Positions 48,366 to 58,627 are shown, counted from the stretch's first letter. The stretch: 64,000 nt of DNA from Bacilli bacterium (GCA_016293205.1 JAEDES010000003.1:5777-69776), one strand, 5' to 3'. The notes: a model not told the origin generated them from the letters alone. Numbers and translations are program-made.

Positions 48366-49313
48366 TTAGTCCTTTTCTTTTTGTCTATGTTTTTCTAATT
48401 GTTCTGCTAGATCTTTTATTTTTCTAAGACGATGATTTAATCCTGATTTAGAAAGTTTCTTATTAGTTTCAAAAGAAATAATTTCTGCTAATTCTTTTAA
48501 TGAAGCCTCTGGATATTTTTTTCTATATTCAAGCGTTTCTCTAGTTTTATCATCTAATAAATCTATACTTGCAGTTTCTTCAATTATCTTTATTTGTTCT
48601 AATTGTTCTGTTGCAGTTGCAACAATGCGATCAATATTTGCTTGTTCACAATTATTTAATCTATTAGTTTGATTTTTCTTATCACGATATACTCTTACAT
48701 CTTCATAATAAAGAACAGCATTGTTTGCTCCAAGAATTCTTATAAAGTCACTTATTTTTTCAGCTTCTTTAATATAAATCATGTAACCTTTATCTCTTCC
48801 TAAAATTTTAGCATTTAAATCGAATAAGTTTAATAATTTTTGTACAAAGATGGATTCTTCTGGAGTGGATATAAATAATTCCATATGATATCTTGATGTT
48901 TTCGGATCATTTATACTTCCACATGTTAAGAATACTCCTCTTAGATAGGCTCTTATTTCTTCATTTGCACCTACTATGTATGTTGGAACTGTATCCAATT
49001 TATTATTATCTTTATCTATTAGACCAATATCTTGAAGTATTTTATTTACTTTTTGATCTACTACTAAAGCATATAATTCTTTTTTACTGAAATTATTATT
49101 ATCTTTAGTTGTAATATCTATATTTATTTCATAAATTGTTTTTAAGAAATTTTGTACTCTTTCAATAGTTGTTTTATTTTCTGTTGTTAATGTAATTGTA
49201 TCTTCTATAAAGATTGCATTATTTCTAATGAATCCTGCTAGTTCGGCAATTATTTCTGATTCAGTATTATTAATACTTGAAATTTCTTCTTTTATTTTTG
49301 TTGTATATGACAT
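48366..49313 (-). CDS. whiA: DNA-binding protein WhiA
   Basis: 315 aa with an N-terminus MSYTTKIKEEI.. and a LAGLIDADG-like core (YLRGVFLTCGSINDP). The C-terminal HTH is SKSGLNHRLRKI. Confidence 0.9.
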   Translation of the reverse strand: MSYTTKIKEEISSINNTESEIIAELAGFIRNNAIFIEDTITLTTENKTTIERVQNFLKTIYEINIDITTKDNNNFSKKELYALVVDQKVNKILQDIGLIDKDNNKLDTVPTYIVGANEEIRAYLRGVFLTCGSINDPKTSRYHMELFISTPEESIFVQKLLNLFDLNAKILGRDKGYMIYIKEAEKISDFIRILGANNAVLYYEDVRVYRDKKNQTNRLNNCEQANIDRIVATATEQLEQIKIIEETASIDLLDDKTRETLEYRKKYPEASLKELAEIISFETNKKLSKSGLNHRLRKIKDLAEQLEKHRQKEKD

Positions 49314-50266
49314 TAGTCTCTCATTAAGTAAGAGAATATTAATGAACTAAGCTTTAAACTATTATGTCTTAGAATGTTATCTTCAACAATAATAAGGTCA
49401 TCTTCTATTAGTTCTACTCCTACTTTTTCTAATTCTTCATAATCAATAATTACCGGTTCTTTTTGCTCTTCTGTTTCATATTTTTTAGCGATTTCTTTAT
49501 CAAGTTTTGTATTACTTGCAATAACTGCATCTACTTTTTTATTATCTAAATATCTATTTAATAATTTAACGTGATCACTTACTGTGAAATCATCTGTTTC
49601 TCCAGGTTGTGTTACTACGTTACATAGATACATTATTGGCGCTTTAGCTTCTTTTAATACTTCTTTTACTTCTTTACACATAACATTTGGTAAGACACTT
49701 GTATAAAGACTTCCCATACTAAAAATTATTAAGTCAGCTTCTTTTAGAGCAGTTAATACTTCAGGTAATACTTTTGGTTCTTCTTTATAATATATTTTTT
49801 CAAATTGGCGTCTTGCCATTGTTATTTCTTCTTCACCTTCGATGATATTTCCATCTAAGTCTTTTCCCATTAAAGTAAGATTTGAATCTTCTGAAATAGG
49901 TAATACTGTATGACGTACATCTAATAATTTACTTAAACTTGCAATTGAATCTTTTAAGCTTCCTGTGATATCTAACATTGAAGTTAAAATTAAGTTTCCT
50001 ACAGCATGTCCATCTAAATCACTAAATGTATTAAATCTGTATGACATCATCTTTTTGATTGGTTCATCAATTCCAGATAATGATGTTATTACTTTTCTTA
50101 TATCTCCAACTGCTGGAGTATGAAATTCTTTTCTAAGTTTACCAGTTGAACGTCCATTATCAGAAACAGTAATTACTGCTGTTATATCAACTGGAAAATC
50201 TTTTAAACCTTTTAGTAAGTAAGAGATACCTGTTCCCCCACCCATTACTACTACTTTTTTATACAT
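49313..50266 (-). CDS. yvcK: YvcK/CofD-like gluconeogenesis factor family protein
   Basis: 317 aa with VVMGGGTGISYLLKGLK, followed by GPGSLYTS-like GSLYTSVLPN. Confidence 0.88.
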   Translation of the reverse strand: MYKKVVVMGGGTGISYLLKGLKDFPVDITAVITVSDNGRSTGKLRKEFHTPAVGDIRKVITSLSGIDEPIKKMMSYRFNTFSDLDGHAVGNLILTSMLDITGSLKDSIASLSKLLDVRHTVLPISEDSNLTLMGKDLDGNIIEGEEEITMARRQFEKIYYKEEPKVLPEVLTALKEADLIIFSMGSLYTSVLPNVMCKEVKEVLKEAKAPIMYLCNVVTQPGETDDFTVSDHVKLLNRYLDNKKVDAVIASNTKLDKEIAKKYETEEQKEPVIIDYEELEKVGVELIEDDLIIVEDNILRHNSLKLSSLIFSYLMRD

Positions 50267-50275
50267 AATCCACCT

Positions 50276-51118
50276 CTAGTTTAGGTATAGATCCCCCTGA
50301 TCGTCAGTTTCAAAATACCTAGTTTTCCCCTTATAGTATGTATCTTTTCTTTCTTCTTTTTTATATTTAAAGATACACATGAAATATAATCCTGCAAAGA
50401 CAAAGATGACTGAAACTATTTGAGCGATTTTTACACTTCCTATCATAAGTGAGTCTGCTCTTAATGCTTCTACTGCGAATCTTTCGATACCATACCAGAA
50501 TAAATAGAATCCTGTTAATTGTCCTCTTCTTAAATATTTATATTTTCTTACTATTAACATTGCAAGGAATCCAAATAAACACCATAATGATTCATAGAAG
50601 AATGTTGGTTGTCTATATTCACCCATTATATACATTCCATTTATAACAAATTCAGGAATTCCTAATTTTTGTAATGCAGCAAATGATGTAACAGCACCAT
50701 ATGCTTCTCCATTGAAGAAGTTTCCCCAACGTCCAATTGCTTGTCCTAGTATTAATCCCACAACTAACATATCTAATATTTTAAGGGCATATACTTTATG
50801 TTTACGACAATAAATAATTGTAAAAATTAATGCAGCAAGAATACCACCATGTATAGCAATTCCGCCATTCCAAATTTTAAATATTTCTATTGGATTAGCT
50901 AGATAATAATCTAAGTTGAACAATACGTAGTATGCTCTTGCACCAATAACACCAAATATTATGATATTGAATGCTAAATTTATAAAAAATTCTTCATCTA
51001 CTTTTGTTTTTTTGAATTCTTTATATACAACTATGCTTCCTGCTAAAAGTGCTAAAAACATAAAGATTGAATACCAATAAATTTGGATAATACCTAAGTC
51101 TAACGCTATTCTATTCAT
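50276..51118 (-). CDS. lgt: Prolipoprotein diacylglyceryl transferase
   Basis: 280 aa polytopic protein with GIAIHGGILAA and GRWGNFFNGEAYG. Confidence 0.92.
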   Translation of the reverse strand: MNRIALDLGIIQIYWYSIFMFLALLAGSIVVYKEFKKTKVDEEFFINLAFNIIIFGVIGARAYYVLFNLDYYLANPIEIFKIWNGGIAIHGGILAALIFTIIYCRKHKVYALKILDMLVVGLILGQAIGRWGNFFNGEAYGAVTSFAALQKLGIPEFVINGMYIMGEYRQPTFFYESLWCLFGFLAMLIVRKYKYLRRGQLTGFYLFWYGIERFAVEALRADSLMIGSVKIAQIVSVIFVFAGLYFMCIFKYKKEERKDTYYKGKTRYFETDDQGDLYLN

Positions 51119-51135
51119 AAATTACCCTCTTCATT

Positions 51136-53949
51136 CTATAAGATCTTTTTTAAGAACTGTCCTGTATATGATTCTTTTACTTTAGCAACTTCTTCTGGAG
51201 TTCCTTCGGCAACAATAGTTCCTCCTCCATCTCCACCTTCTGGACCTAAGTCAATTATATGGTCGGCTACTTTAATCACATCTAGGTTATGTTCTATTAC
51301 TATTACTGTATCTTTATTATCTACTATTTTCTGTAAAATTGCAAGTAAACGCTTAATGTCATCAGTATGTAGACCTGTTGTTGGTTCATCTAGTACAAAT
51401 AGTGTTTTTCCTGTTGCTTTCTTTTGTAATTCTTTTGCAAGTTTTACTCTTTCTGCTTCTCCTCCGGATAGTGTTGGAGCACTTTGTCCTAATTTAATAT
51501 ATCCTAAACCAACTTCTTCTAGAACTTTTAGTTTGTTTTTAATTTTTGGTACGTTTTCAAAAAATTTTAATGCTTCAGATACTCTCATATCTAATACTTC
51601 TGCAATATTTTTATCTTTATATTTTATATTTAATGTTTCCATATTGTATCTTGTACCATGACATACTTCACATGGAACATATACATCTGGTAAGAAATGC
51701 ATTTCTATTTTCTTTACTCCGTCTCCACGACAGGCTTCACAACGTCCGCCTTTTACGTTGAATGAGAATCTATTTTTTTCAAATCCATACATTTTTGCTT
51801 CTTTAGTTGTTGTGAATAGAGTTCTGATATCATCAAATACTCCTGTATATGTTGCTGGATTTGATCTTGGAGTTCTTCCAATAGGATTTTGTGAGATTGC
51901 TACTAGTTTATCTAAGTTTTCAATACCTAGTATTTTATCAAACTTACCTGGTCTTTCTTTTGAATGATATAGTTTTTGTGACACTTCTTTACAAAGTATT
52001 TCATTAATCAAGCTACTCTTTCCACTACCAGATACTCCTGTAATACATGTAAATGTTCCTAGCGGAATATCTACATCTATATTTTTTAAGTTATTTTCTT
52101 TTGCACCTCTAATTTTTAAGTATTTTTTAGTACCTTTTCTTCTTTCTTTTGGTACTTCAATACTTTTTTTACCACTTAAGTATTGTCCAGTTATACTATT
52201 TTCGTTGTTCATTACTTCTTGTGGAGTTCCTTCAGCAACTATTTTTCCTCCAGCATCTCCTGCTCCTGGTCCAATATCTACAAGATAGTCACTTGCTAGC
52301 ATTGTATCTGAATCGTGTTCTACAACAATTAATGTATTTCCTAAATCACGCATTTCTTGCATTGATTTAATTAGTTTTTCATTATCTCTTTGATGCAGTC
52401 CAATACTTGGTTCATCTAATACATATAATACTCCTGTTAATCTAGAACCAATTTGTGTTGCAAGTCTAATACGTTGTGCTTCTCCACCTGATAAAGTTCC
52501 AGCACTTCTATTTAAAGTTAGATATTCTAATCCTACATTTGATAAGAATTCTAGTCTTGAATTAATTTCTTTTAAAATTAAGTCTGCAATTTTAGCTTGT
52601 TCTTCAGTTAATTTCATTGTTTTATATGAGTTTAGCATTTCTTTAATACTCATACATGTTACTTCATAGATATTTTTCTTATCAATTTTTACTGATAATA
52701 CATCTTCAGATAATCTTGCTCCATGACATGTATCACATTCATATTCAACCATGTAGTTTTCTAACCAATCCCTTATCCATGTTGAACTTGTTTCCATATA
52801 TCTTCTTTCAAGGTTATTAATTATTCCTTCGTAGAAGTCTTTTGAATTATATTGATTTCCACTTTTTGATTGATATTTGAAACTAATTATTTCATCTGAA
52901 CCATATAAAACTAATTCTTGATGTCTTTGAGTTAGACTTTTCCATGGCTTAGTCATACTTATTTTGTAATGTTTACACATACATTCAAGTTTTTTATAAT
53001 CCAATCCTTCTGGATCGTCTGTTAATGTTTTTATACATCCTTCTGCGATCGATAAAGTATCATCTGGAATTAGTAAGTCTTTATCTATTTGTAATTTTAC
53101 TCCTAATCCTTTACAGTCTGGACATGCTCCATATGGAGCATTGAAACTAAATATTCTTGGTTCTAATTCTGATAAAGAGAAATTACAATGAGGACAAGCA
53201 AAATGTTCTGAGAATAATAACTCTTCTGCATTATCTCCTAATATTTGAATGATTACTTTTCCATTTGATAATTTTGTTGAAGCTTCTATTGCTTCAAATA
53301 GTCTACTTCTTGAATCTTCTTTTAATACTAATCTATCTATTACAACTTCGATTGTATCTTTTTTATTTTTATCTAAAGTAATTTCTTCACTTAAATCTAA
53401 TATTTCATTATTTACTCTTACTCTTGTATATCCATCTTTTCTTAGTTTATCTAATAAATCTTTATGTGTACCTTTTTCACCTTCTACTATTGGTGACATA
53501 ATTATTAACTTTGTTCCTAATGGGTATTCTAATACTTTATTTGTCATTTCTTCGATGCTTTGAGAAGAGATTGGAATATTATGTGTTGGACAATATGGTA
53601 CTCCTACTCTTGCAAACAAAAGTCTTAAGTAATCATATATTTCTGTTACAGTTCCTACTGTTGAACGTGGATTATTTGATGTTGTTTTTTGATCAATACT
53701 TATTGCAGGAGATAATCCTTCAATACTATCAACATCAGGTTTTTCTGAACCACCTAAAAATTGTCTAGCATATGCAGATAAACTTTCTACGTAGCGTCTT
53801 TGTCCTTCGGCGTAGATTGTATCAAATGCTAAACTACTTTTACCACTACCTGATAAACCAGTCATTACGATTAGTTTATTTTTTGGTAATTCTATATTTA
53901 CATTTTTTAAATTATTTTCACGTGCACCTTTAACGATAATTTTATCCAT
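51136..53949 (-). CDS. uvrA: Excinuclease ABC subunit A
   Basis: 937 aa with two ABC modules (GLSGSGKSSLAF, GVSGSGKSSL) and zinc-finger Cys clusters. Confidence 0.98.
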   Translation of the reverse strand: MDKIIVKGARENNLKNVNIELPKNKLIVMTGLSGSGKSSLAFDTIYAEGQRRYVESLSAYARQFLGGSEKPDVDSIEGLSPAISIDQKTTSNNPRSTVGTVTEIYDYLRLLFARVGVPYCPTHNIPISSQSIEEMTNKVLEYPLGTKLIIMSPIVEGEKGTHKDLLDKLRKDGYTRVRVNNEILDLSEEITLDKNKKDTIEVVIDRLVLKEDSRSRLFEAIEASTKLSNGKVIIQILGDNAEELLFSEHFACPHCNFSLSELEPRIFSFNAPYGACPDCKGLGVKLQIDKDLLIPDDTLSIAEGCIKTLTDDPEGLDYKKLECMCKHYKISMTKPWKSLTQRHQELVLYGSDEIISFKYQSKSGNQYNSKDFYEGIINNLERRYMETSSTWIRDWLENYMVEYECDTCHGARLSEDVLSVKIDKKNIYEVTCMSIKEMLNSYKTMKLTEEQAKIADLILKEINSRLEFLSNVGLEYLTLNRSAGTLSGGEAQRIRLATQIGSRLTGVLYVLDEPSIGLHQRDNEKLIKSMQEMRDLGNTLIVVEHDSDTMLASDYLVDIGPGAGDAGGKIVAEGTPQEVMNNENSITGQYLSGKKSIEVPKERRKGTKKYLKIRGAKENNLKNIDVDIPLGTFTCITGVSGSGKSSLINEILCKEVSQKLYHSKERPGKFDKILGIENLDKLVAISQNPIGRTPRSNPATYTGVFDDIRTLFTTTKEAKMYGFEKNRFSFNVKGGRCEACRGDGVKKIEMHFLPDVYVPCEVCHGTRYNMETLNIKYKDKNIAEVLDMRVSEALKFFENVPKIKNKLKVLEEVGLGYIKLGQSAPTLSGGEAERVKLAKELQKKATGKTLFVLDEPTTGLHTDDIKRLLAILQKIVDNKDTVIVIEHNLDVIKVADHIIDLGPEGGDGGGTIVAEGTPEEVAKVKESYTGQFLKKIL

Positions 53950-53966
53950 AATATCACCTGTTTCAT

Positions 53967-53995
53967 ATTATAACACAAATTGTTATTTTTACTTA
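53967..53995 (-). promoter_or_regulatory. Candidate uvrA promoter with extended -10 (TAAGTA-17-TGtTATAAT)
   Basis: Reverse complement reads taagtaaaaataacaatttgTGtTATAAT. The -35 is weak. No GAAC-N4-GTTC box overlaps it. Confidence 0.4.
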
Positions 53996-54026
53996 TAAAA
54001 AAAAGAAATTTGATTAGCAAATTTCT
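53996..54026 (-). terminator. Rho-independent terminator after the 328-aa orphan gene
   Basis: Minus strand reads AGAAATTTG-ctaat-CAAATTTCT followed by a T8 run. Confidence 0.75.
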
Positions 54027-54027
54027 C

Positions 54028-55014
54028 TTATCTTCTATTTGATTTTTTTATTTCTTCATCAGTTATCTTGTAAACAGAATCATATATATTTCCACCTATG
54101 GCGATTGGAAGTAATCCGATAAATCCACCTTGGAAAGCATATTCATTTCCGGCACCATTATATTCTCTTTCTAAAACTGATGCATATGTATTATTTGGAT
54201 TTGCAGCAGCTTCATATACTTCTTTATCTGGGCATTTTCCAAATATTACATTATATCTATGAATTCCAGGAATTGCTAGCGCTAAGGCTACTTGAACTCT
54301 TCCATCTGGTAGTTTTATATAATCCGCTACTGTTGTTCCAGGAGCAACTGGCATATCAATTGTTCTTGCTGGAATTTCTTCTGATAAAGAATCTCTTTGT
54401 TCTGTAGTAACAATTCTTGTAATTTCATCTTGTACTTCTCTAAATAATAATGGTTTTTTGAATTCAAATTCAGTATTTCCACTTACTCTATATACATTAA
54501 ATAAATGTTCATAAGTTACTTGTGGAGTTGGTACTTTACCTTGATTGTGTTGATCATATTGATATGTTGTATATAAATCATGTTCAAATGTTACATGAGG
54601 AATTCCATCGAAAGCTGCATAGTGTCTATCAGGGTATTGTCTTGCTGCTGCAACTGCTTGTGGTTGCGTGAAGAATTCTCCTTCTACTTCTGCTTGATTT
54701 GCAATCTCTTGAATTTGTTCATATGCTTCTGTCATATCTTGACCTGGTTCTAATAATACTGCAGATAAAATTACGTTTGGTAATCTATCTGGTAATACTT
54801 CACCTAATAATTCAGCATTTTCAAAATCTATATTATGATATGGAATTTTACATAATGTTCCACCTATTTCTGCTATAGGTGTAATGCAAGTAGAATCTCC
54901 ATCTGCATATACTAATATGCTAAAGCAATTTCCATCTAGTCTATACCTTTGTACAGCAATTGCAGTTACTTGGTGTACTGAACCATCAGGATAAATAATA
55001 GTAATATTCTTCAT
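54028..55014 (-). CDS. 328-aa acidic protein of unknown function with atypical composition
   Basis: Long ORF with an AGGAATGA RBS region. It lies 14 nt downstream of the rSAM gene and has a strong terminator. No family is recognised. It is rich in Q/E/P/A/Y/H and poor in K/N relative to its neighbours. Confidence 0.6.
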   Translation of the reverse strand: MKNITIIYPDGSVHQVTAIAVQRYRLDGNCFSILVYADGDSTCITPIAEIGGTLCKIPYHNIDFENAELLGEVLPDRLPNVILSAVLLEPGQDMTEAYEQIQEIANQAEVEGEFFTQPQAVAAARQYPDRHYAAFDGIPHVTFEHDLYTTYQYDQHNQGKVPTPQVTYEHLFNVYRVSGNTEFEFKKPLLFREVQDEITRIVTTEQRDSLSEEIPARTIDMPVAPGTTVADYIKLPDGRVQVALALAIPGIHRYNVIFGKCPDKEVYEAAANPNNTYASVLEREYNGAGNEYAFQGGFIGLLPIAIGGNIYDSVYKITDEEIKKSNRR

Positions 55015-55028
55015 TTTATCATTCCTTT

Positions 55029-55859
55029 TTATAAATATTTTCTCTCTTTATAAGTACATGATTGACATAATTTTTCAGATGGTTTTCTATCTTGAAATGA
55101 TTTTTGTAATCTTTTATATCTCTCACTATATATTATATCATCAATTTCGTCATTGTAAATGTTCCCTAAATTAATTATTCCATTGCTGTCAAGACAACAT
55201 GGGACAACTGTTCCATCTACTAATATTGCAATATGTGTTTTTAAAGCATAACAGAATCCACAACTATTGTGATTTGTTATTGATGGCCAATCAAATTCAT
55301 TATCTTTATCCACATAAATTTTGTCTTTTATTTTTATGTTTTTTTCATTTTTTATTTTATCCACAATATTTGGGGAAAGATTATAGTACTCGGCTATTTT
55401 ATCCACTGTACTTGTGGATTTTTCATCTAATGAACCATCTTTTAAAGTCCATAATCTATAAATAATAGTTTTATTTATTTTATCAACAGATTTAAATATA
55501 TTTTCTAAGTAGTTTGGATAATTATTTTCTGAATGTAAAGAAAAATTTATTTTTGTTAAACTTTTCTTATCCTTTATCTTGTCTACTAATTGTGGAAATA
55601 AAGTTCCATTAGTTGTTATGTTTACTTTTAAGTTATTTTCTTCTGCGATATCTAGAAAATCTACTAAGTTTGGATGAATCAATGGTTCTCCTTTTACATG
55701 CAAGTAGATTGTATCTGTTTTATCTTTTATTTTAGAAATAATTAATTTAAATTCTTCTATAGTCATATTACGTAATGGTTTTTCTATTTTACTGCAGAAT
55801 GAACAACTTAAATTACATCTATTTGTTATCTCAATATATATTTTTTTATACTTCTTCAT
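55029..55859 (-). CDS. Radical SAM enzyme with C-terminal SPASM/twitch-type Cys cluster
   Basis: 276 aa. It has CxxxCxxC (ITNRCNLSCSFC) at the N-terminus. The C-terminal region is CGFCYALKTHIAILVDGTVVPCC...CQSC. Confidence 0.85.
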   Translation of the reverse strand: MKKYKKIYIEITNRCNLSCSFCSKIEKPLRNMTIEEFKLIISKIKDKTDTIYLHVKGEPLIHPNLVDFLDIAEENNLKVNITTNGTLFPQLVDKIKDKKSLTKINFSLHSENNYPNYLENIFKSVDKINKTIIYRLWTLKDGSLDEKSTSTVDKIAEYYNLSPNIVDKIKNEKNIKIKDKIYVDKDNEFDWPSITNHNSCGFCYALKTHIAILVDGTVVPCCLDSNGIINLGNIYNDEIDDIIYSERYKRLQKSFQDRKPSEKLCQSCTYKERKYL

Positions 55860-56565
55860 CTGTATATACTACACACTCTAAGTGTCTTCCTTTTTTATCT
55901 GTAAAGTCTGAGAAATAATCTGATTCAGTTGTGTCATTTGAATCAAAATATATATAGTTTGGATCTACTATTTCTTTTATTAATTGATTAAATATAGCGT
56001 ATCTTATGTCTAAATAATATTTCTTCTTTTTCTTTTTATAAGTATCTTTCCAGATTGGACTTGTTAATTCATCAACACTATCTAGTATAAAATTATCTTG
56101 AGATGGGCATGCTCCAATGTAAAAAGTCATTTCAAATGGAGGAGCATCTGTTTCTTTCATAAGTGTGTCTACCATTAGTGTTAATAAATTCTCATTTAAA
56201 TTTTTGATACTTGCTTTAGCTACTACACAAGTACTTTCGTTTTGTTCATTCTTTGCTGATGCTATTATTATTGGTTCATCAGATGTTTCTACGGCAACTA
56301 CTAAGTTTGGTGTTTTATCTTTTAGTATAACTACTTTATCTTTAATATTTTTATTTTCTTTTGTTGCAGTATGTGCAGAATGCTTTGTATTTTTATCATT
56401 TATAATAATTACATTTTCTCTTTCAATATTTCTTTTTGAGAAGAATCTTGTAAGTGTTGATTCATATAACATTTCTCTTTCTTCTTTTGTTAATTTTGGG
56501 AAATATTTTTTATCATTTGACATAATCCCATCCTTTGTTGATGAGACAAATACATTTAATTTCAT
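55846..56565 (-). CDS. YfiH/PgeF (DUF152)-like protein with substituted catalytic residues
   Basis: 239 aa, colinear with E. coli YfiH blocks: FVSSTKDG (FSTR.GG), VAVETSDEPII (V.TADC.PV), CVVAKASIKN (A.HAGWRG), YIGACPSQDNF (IGP.I....FEV) and YFSDFTDKKGRH (FFSYRRD..TGR). The Cys and His ligands are replaced. Confidence 0.5.
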   Translation of the reverse strand: MKLNVFVSSTKDGIMSNDKKYFPKLTKEEREMLYESTLTRFFSKRNIERENVIIINDKNTKHSAHTATKENKNIKDKVVILKDKTPNLVVAVETSDEPIIIASAKNEQNESTCVVAKASIKNLNENLLTLMVDTLMKETDAPPFEMTFYIGACPSQDNFILDSVDELTSPIWKDTYKKKKKKYYLDIRYAIFNQLIKEIVDPNYIYFDSNDTTESDYFSDFTDKKGRHLECVVYTDEEV

Positions 56566-56575
56566 GTTATACCTC

Positions 56576-58525
56576 CTAGTTTGATTTCATTTCAAATAAG
56601 ATATCTCTTAATTCCATAGCTCTTTCAAAATCTAAGTTACGAGCTGCTTCTCGCATTTCTTGTTCAATTGTTTCAATAGTTTTAGCGATTTCTTTCTTAG
56701 TTGGTTTCTTAGTTTTAGATGTTGATCCTCCTGCAATATTAGAAATTACTTCTCTTATTTCTTTGTTAATAGTTGTTGGTGTTATACCATGTTCTTCATT
56801 ATAGTTTTCTTGAATTGTACGACGACGTTTTGTTTCATCAATAGCATTTTGCATTGAATCAGTTATTTTGTCTCCATACATTATTACATGACCGTTGGCA
56901 TTTCTTGCACAACGACCAATAATTTGAATTAAACTTCTATTACTTCTTAAGAATCCTTCTTTGTCAGCATCAAGTATTGCAATAAGTGATACTTCTGGAA
57001 TATCAATTCCTTCTCTTAATAAGTTAATTCCAACTACTACATCATACTTACCTATTCTTAAATCATGAATTATTTGCATTCTTTCTAAAGTTTTTACTTC
57101 AGAGTGTAAGTATGCTACTTTTATATCTAATTCTTTTAAATAATTTGTTAATTCTTCTGACATTCTTATTGTAAGTGTTGTTACTAAAGTTCTTTCATTT
57201 CTTTCAATGCGATCTTTTATTTCGCCTACTAAGTCATCTATTTGTCCTTCTGTCTTTCTTACTTCTACTGTTGGATCTAATAATCCTGTTGGTCTAATTA
57301 TTTGTTCAATATATTTATTATTAGTATGTTCTAATTCTAAATCTCCTGGTGTTGCCGAAACATAAATTACTTGATTAATTTTCTTTTCAAATTCGTCATA
57401 TTTTAATGGTCTATTATCTAGAGCACTTGGTAAACGGAATCCATACTCTACTAAATTCATCTTTCTAGCTCTATCACCATTATACATTCCTCTTACTTGA
57501 GGAAGTGTTACGTGAGATTCATCTACTACTAATAAATAATCTTCTGGGAAGAAGTCCATTAAAGTAATTGGAGTTTCACCTGGCTTTCTTCCTGCCATTG
57601 GTGCAGAATAGTTTTCTATTCCAGAACAGAATCCTGTTTCTTGTAACATTTCTAGATCATATCTTGTTCTTTGCTCTAGTCTTTCTGCTGCTAGTAATTT
57701 ATTATCTGCTTTAAGTTCTTCTAAACGTACTTCTAATTCACTTTTTATACGTTCAATCGCTGCTTGTAGTTTTTCATCACTTACTACGAAGTGACTTGCT
57801 GGGAATAAACTTACATTTTTCTTATTACTTAAAACCACTCCTGTTAAAGTATCTATTTCAGATATTCTATCAATTTCATCATCAAAGAATTCTATTCTAT
57901 ATCCAGTTGTTTTTTGATAAGCTGGGATTATTTCTAGAACATCTCCTCTTACCCTAAATGTACCTCTTTTAAAATCAAGATCATTTCTTTCATAAAGCAT
58001 TTCTACTAGTTTTACTAAGACTTTATTTCTTTCAATTCTATCACCTACTGAAAGTGTTAACATTTTATTCTTATATTCTTCAACTTCTCCAATACCATAG
58101 ATACAAGATACACTAGCTACTACAATAACATCATCTCTTGAAAGTAATGCAGATGTTGCAGCATGACGAAGTTCATCTATTTCATCATTTATTGATGAAT
58201 CTTTTTCAATGTAAGTATCAGTAGATGGAACATAAGCTTCAGGTTGATAATAATCATAATATGAAACAAAATACTCTACTCTGTTTTCGGGAAATAATTC
58301 TTTTAATTCAGAATAAAGTTGTCCTGCTAAAGTTTTATTGTGGGCAAGAACTAGAGTTGGTTTATTTACTTTTTGTATTACATTGGCAATAGTAAATGTT
58401 TTACCAGTACCAGTAGCACCTAAAAGTACTTGTTCTTTTTTTCCTTGTTTTATACCATTTACTAGTTCATTAATTGCATTTGGTTGATCTCCACTTGGAG
58501 AATATTTTGATACTAAATTAAACAT
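56576..58525 (-). CDS. uvrB: Excinuclease ABC subunit B
   Basis: 649 aa with [21 protein letters not shown] and a C-terminal UVR domain. Confidence 0.98.
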   Translation of the reverse strand: MFNLVSKYSPSGDQPNAINELVNGIKQGKKEQVLLGATGTGKTFTIANVIQKVNKPTLVLAHNKTLAGQLYSELKELFPENRVEYFVSYYDYYQPEAYVPSTDTYIEKDSSINDEIDELRHAATSALLSRDDVIVVASVSCIYGIGEVEEYKNKMLTLSVGDRIERNKVLVKLVEMLYERNDLDFKRGTFRVRGDVLEIIPAYQKTTGYRIEFFDDEIDRISEIDTLTGVVLSNKKNVSLFPASHFVVSDEKLQAAIERIKSELEVRLEELKADNKLLAAERLEQRTRYDLEMLQETGFCSGIENYSAPMAGRKPGETPITLMDFFPEDYLLVVDESHVTLPQVRGMYNGDRARKMNLVEYGFRLPSALDNRPLKYDEFEKKINQVIYVSATPGDLELEHTNNKYIEQIIRPTGLLDPTVEVRKTEGQIDDLVGEIKDRIERNERTLVTTLTIRMSEELTNYLKELDIKVAYLHSEVKTLERMQIIHDLRIGKYDVVVGINLLREGIDIPEVSLIAILDADKEGFLRSNRSLIQIIGRCARNANGHVIMYGDKITDSMQNAIDETKRRRTIQENYNEEHGITPTTINKEIREVISNIAGGSTSKTKKPTKKEIAKTIETIEQEMREAARNLDFERAMELRDILFEMKSN

Positions 58526-58550
58526 ATACTACTCCTTTCAAATCATTCAT

Positions 58551-58579
58551 ATTTTAACACATAAGTATTAAATTCACAA
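58551..58579 (-). promoter_or_regulatory. Candidate uvrB promoter (TTGTGA-17-TGtTAAAAT, extended -10)
   Basis: Reverse complement reads TTGTGAatttaatacttatgTGtTAAAAT. Confidence 0.5.
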
Positions 58580-58609
58580 TAAATATATAATTATTCATTT
58601 TATGTTTTT

Positions 58610-58627
58610 AGTATTCAAAAGAATACT
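58610..58627. promoter_or_regulatory. Perfect 7-bp inverted repeat AGTATTC-aaaa-GAATACT overlapping the -35 of the glycosyltransferase promoter
   Basis: Read from the sequence. No gene ends here, so it is not a terminator. It is operator-like. Confidence 0.4.

Noticed and set aside
56165-56584. 139-aa plus-strand ORF
   Set aside because: It is antisense to the DUF152-like gene and the uvrB stop region. It has hydrophobic low-complexity content and no RBS.
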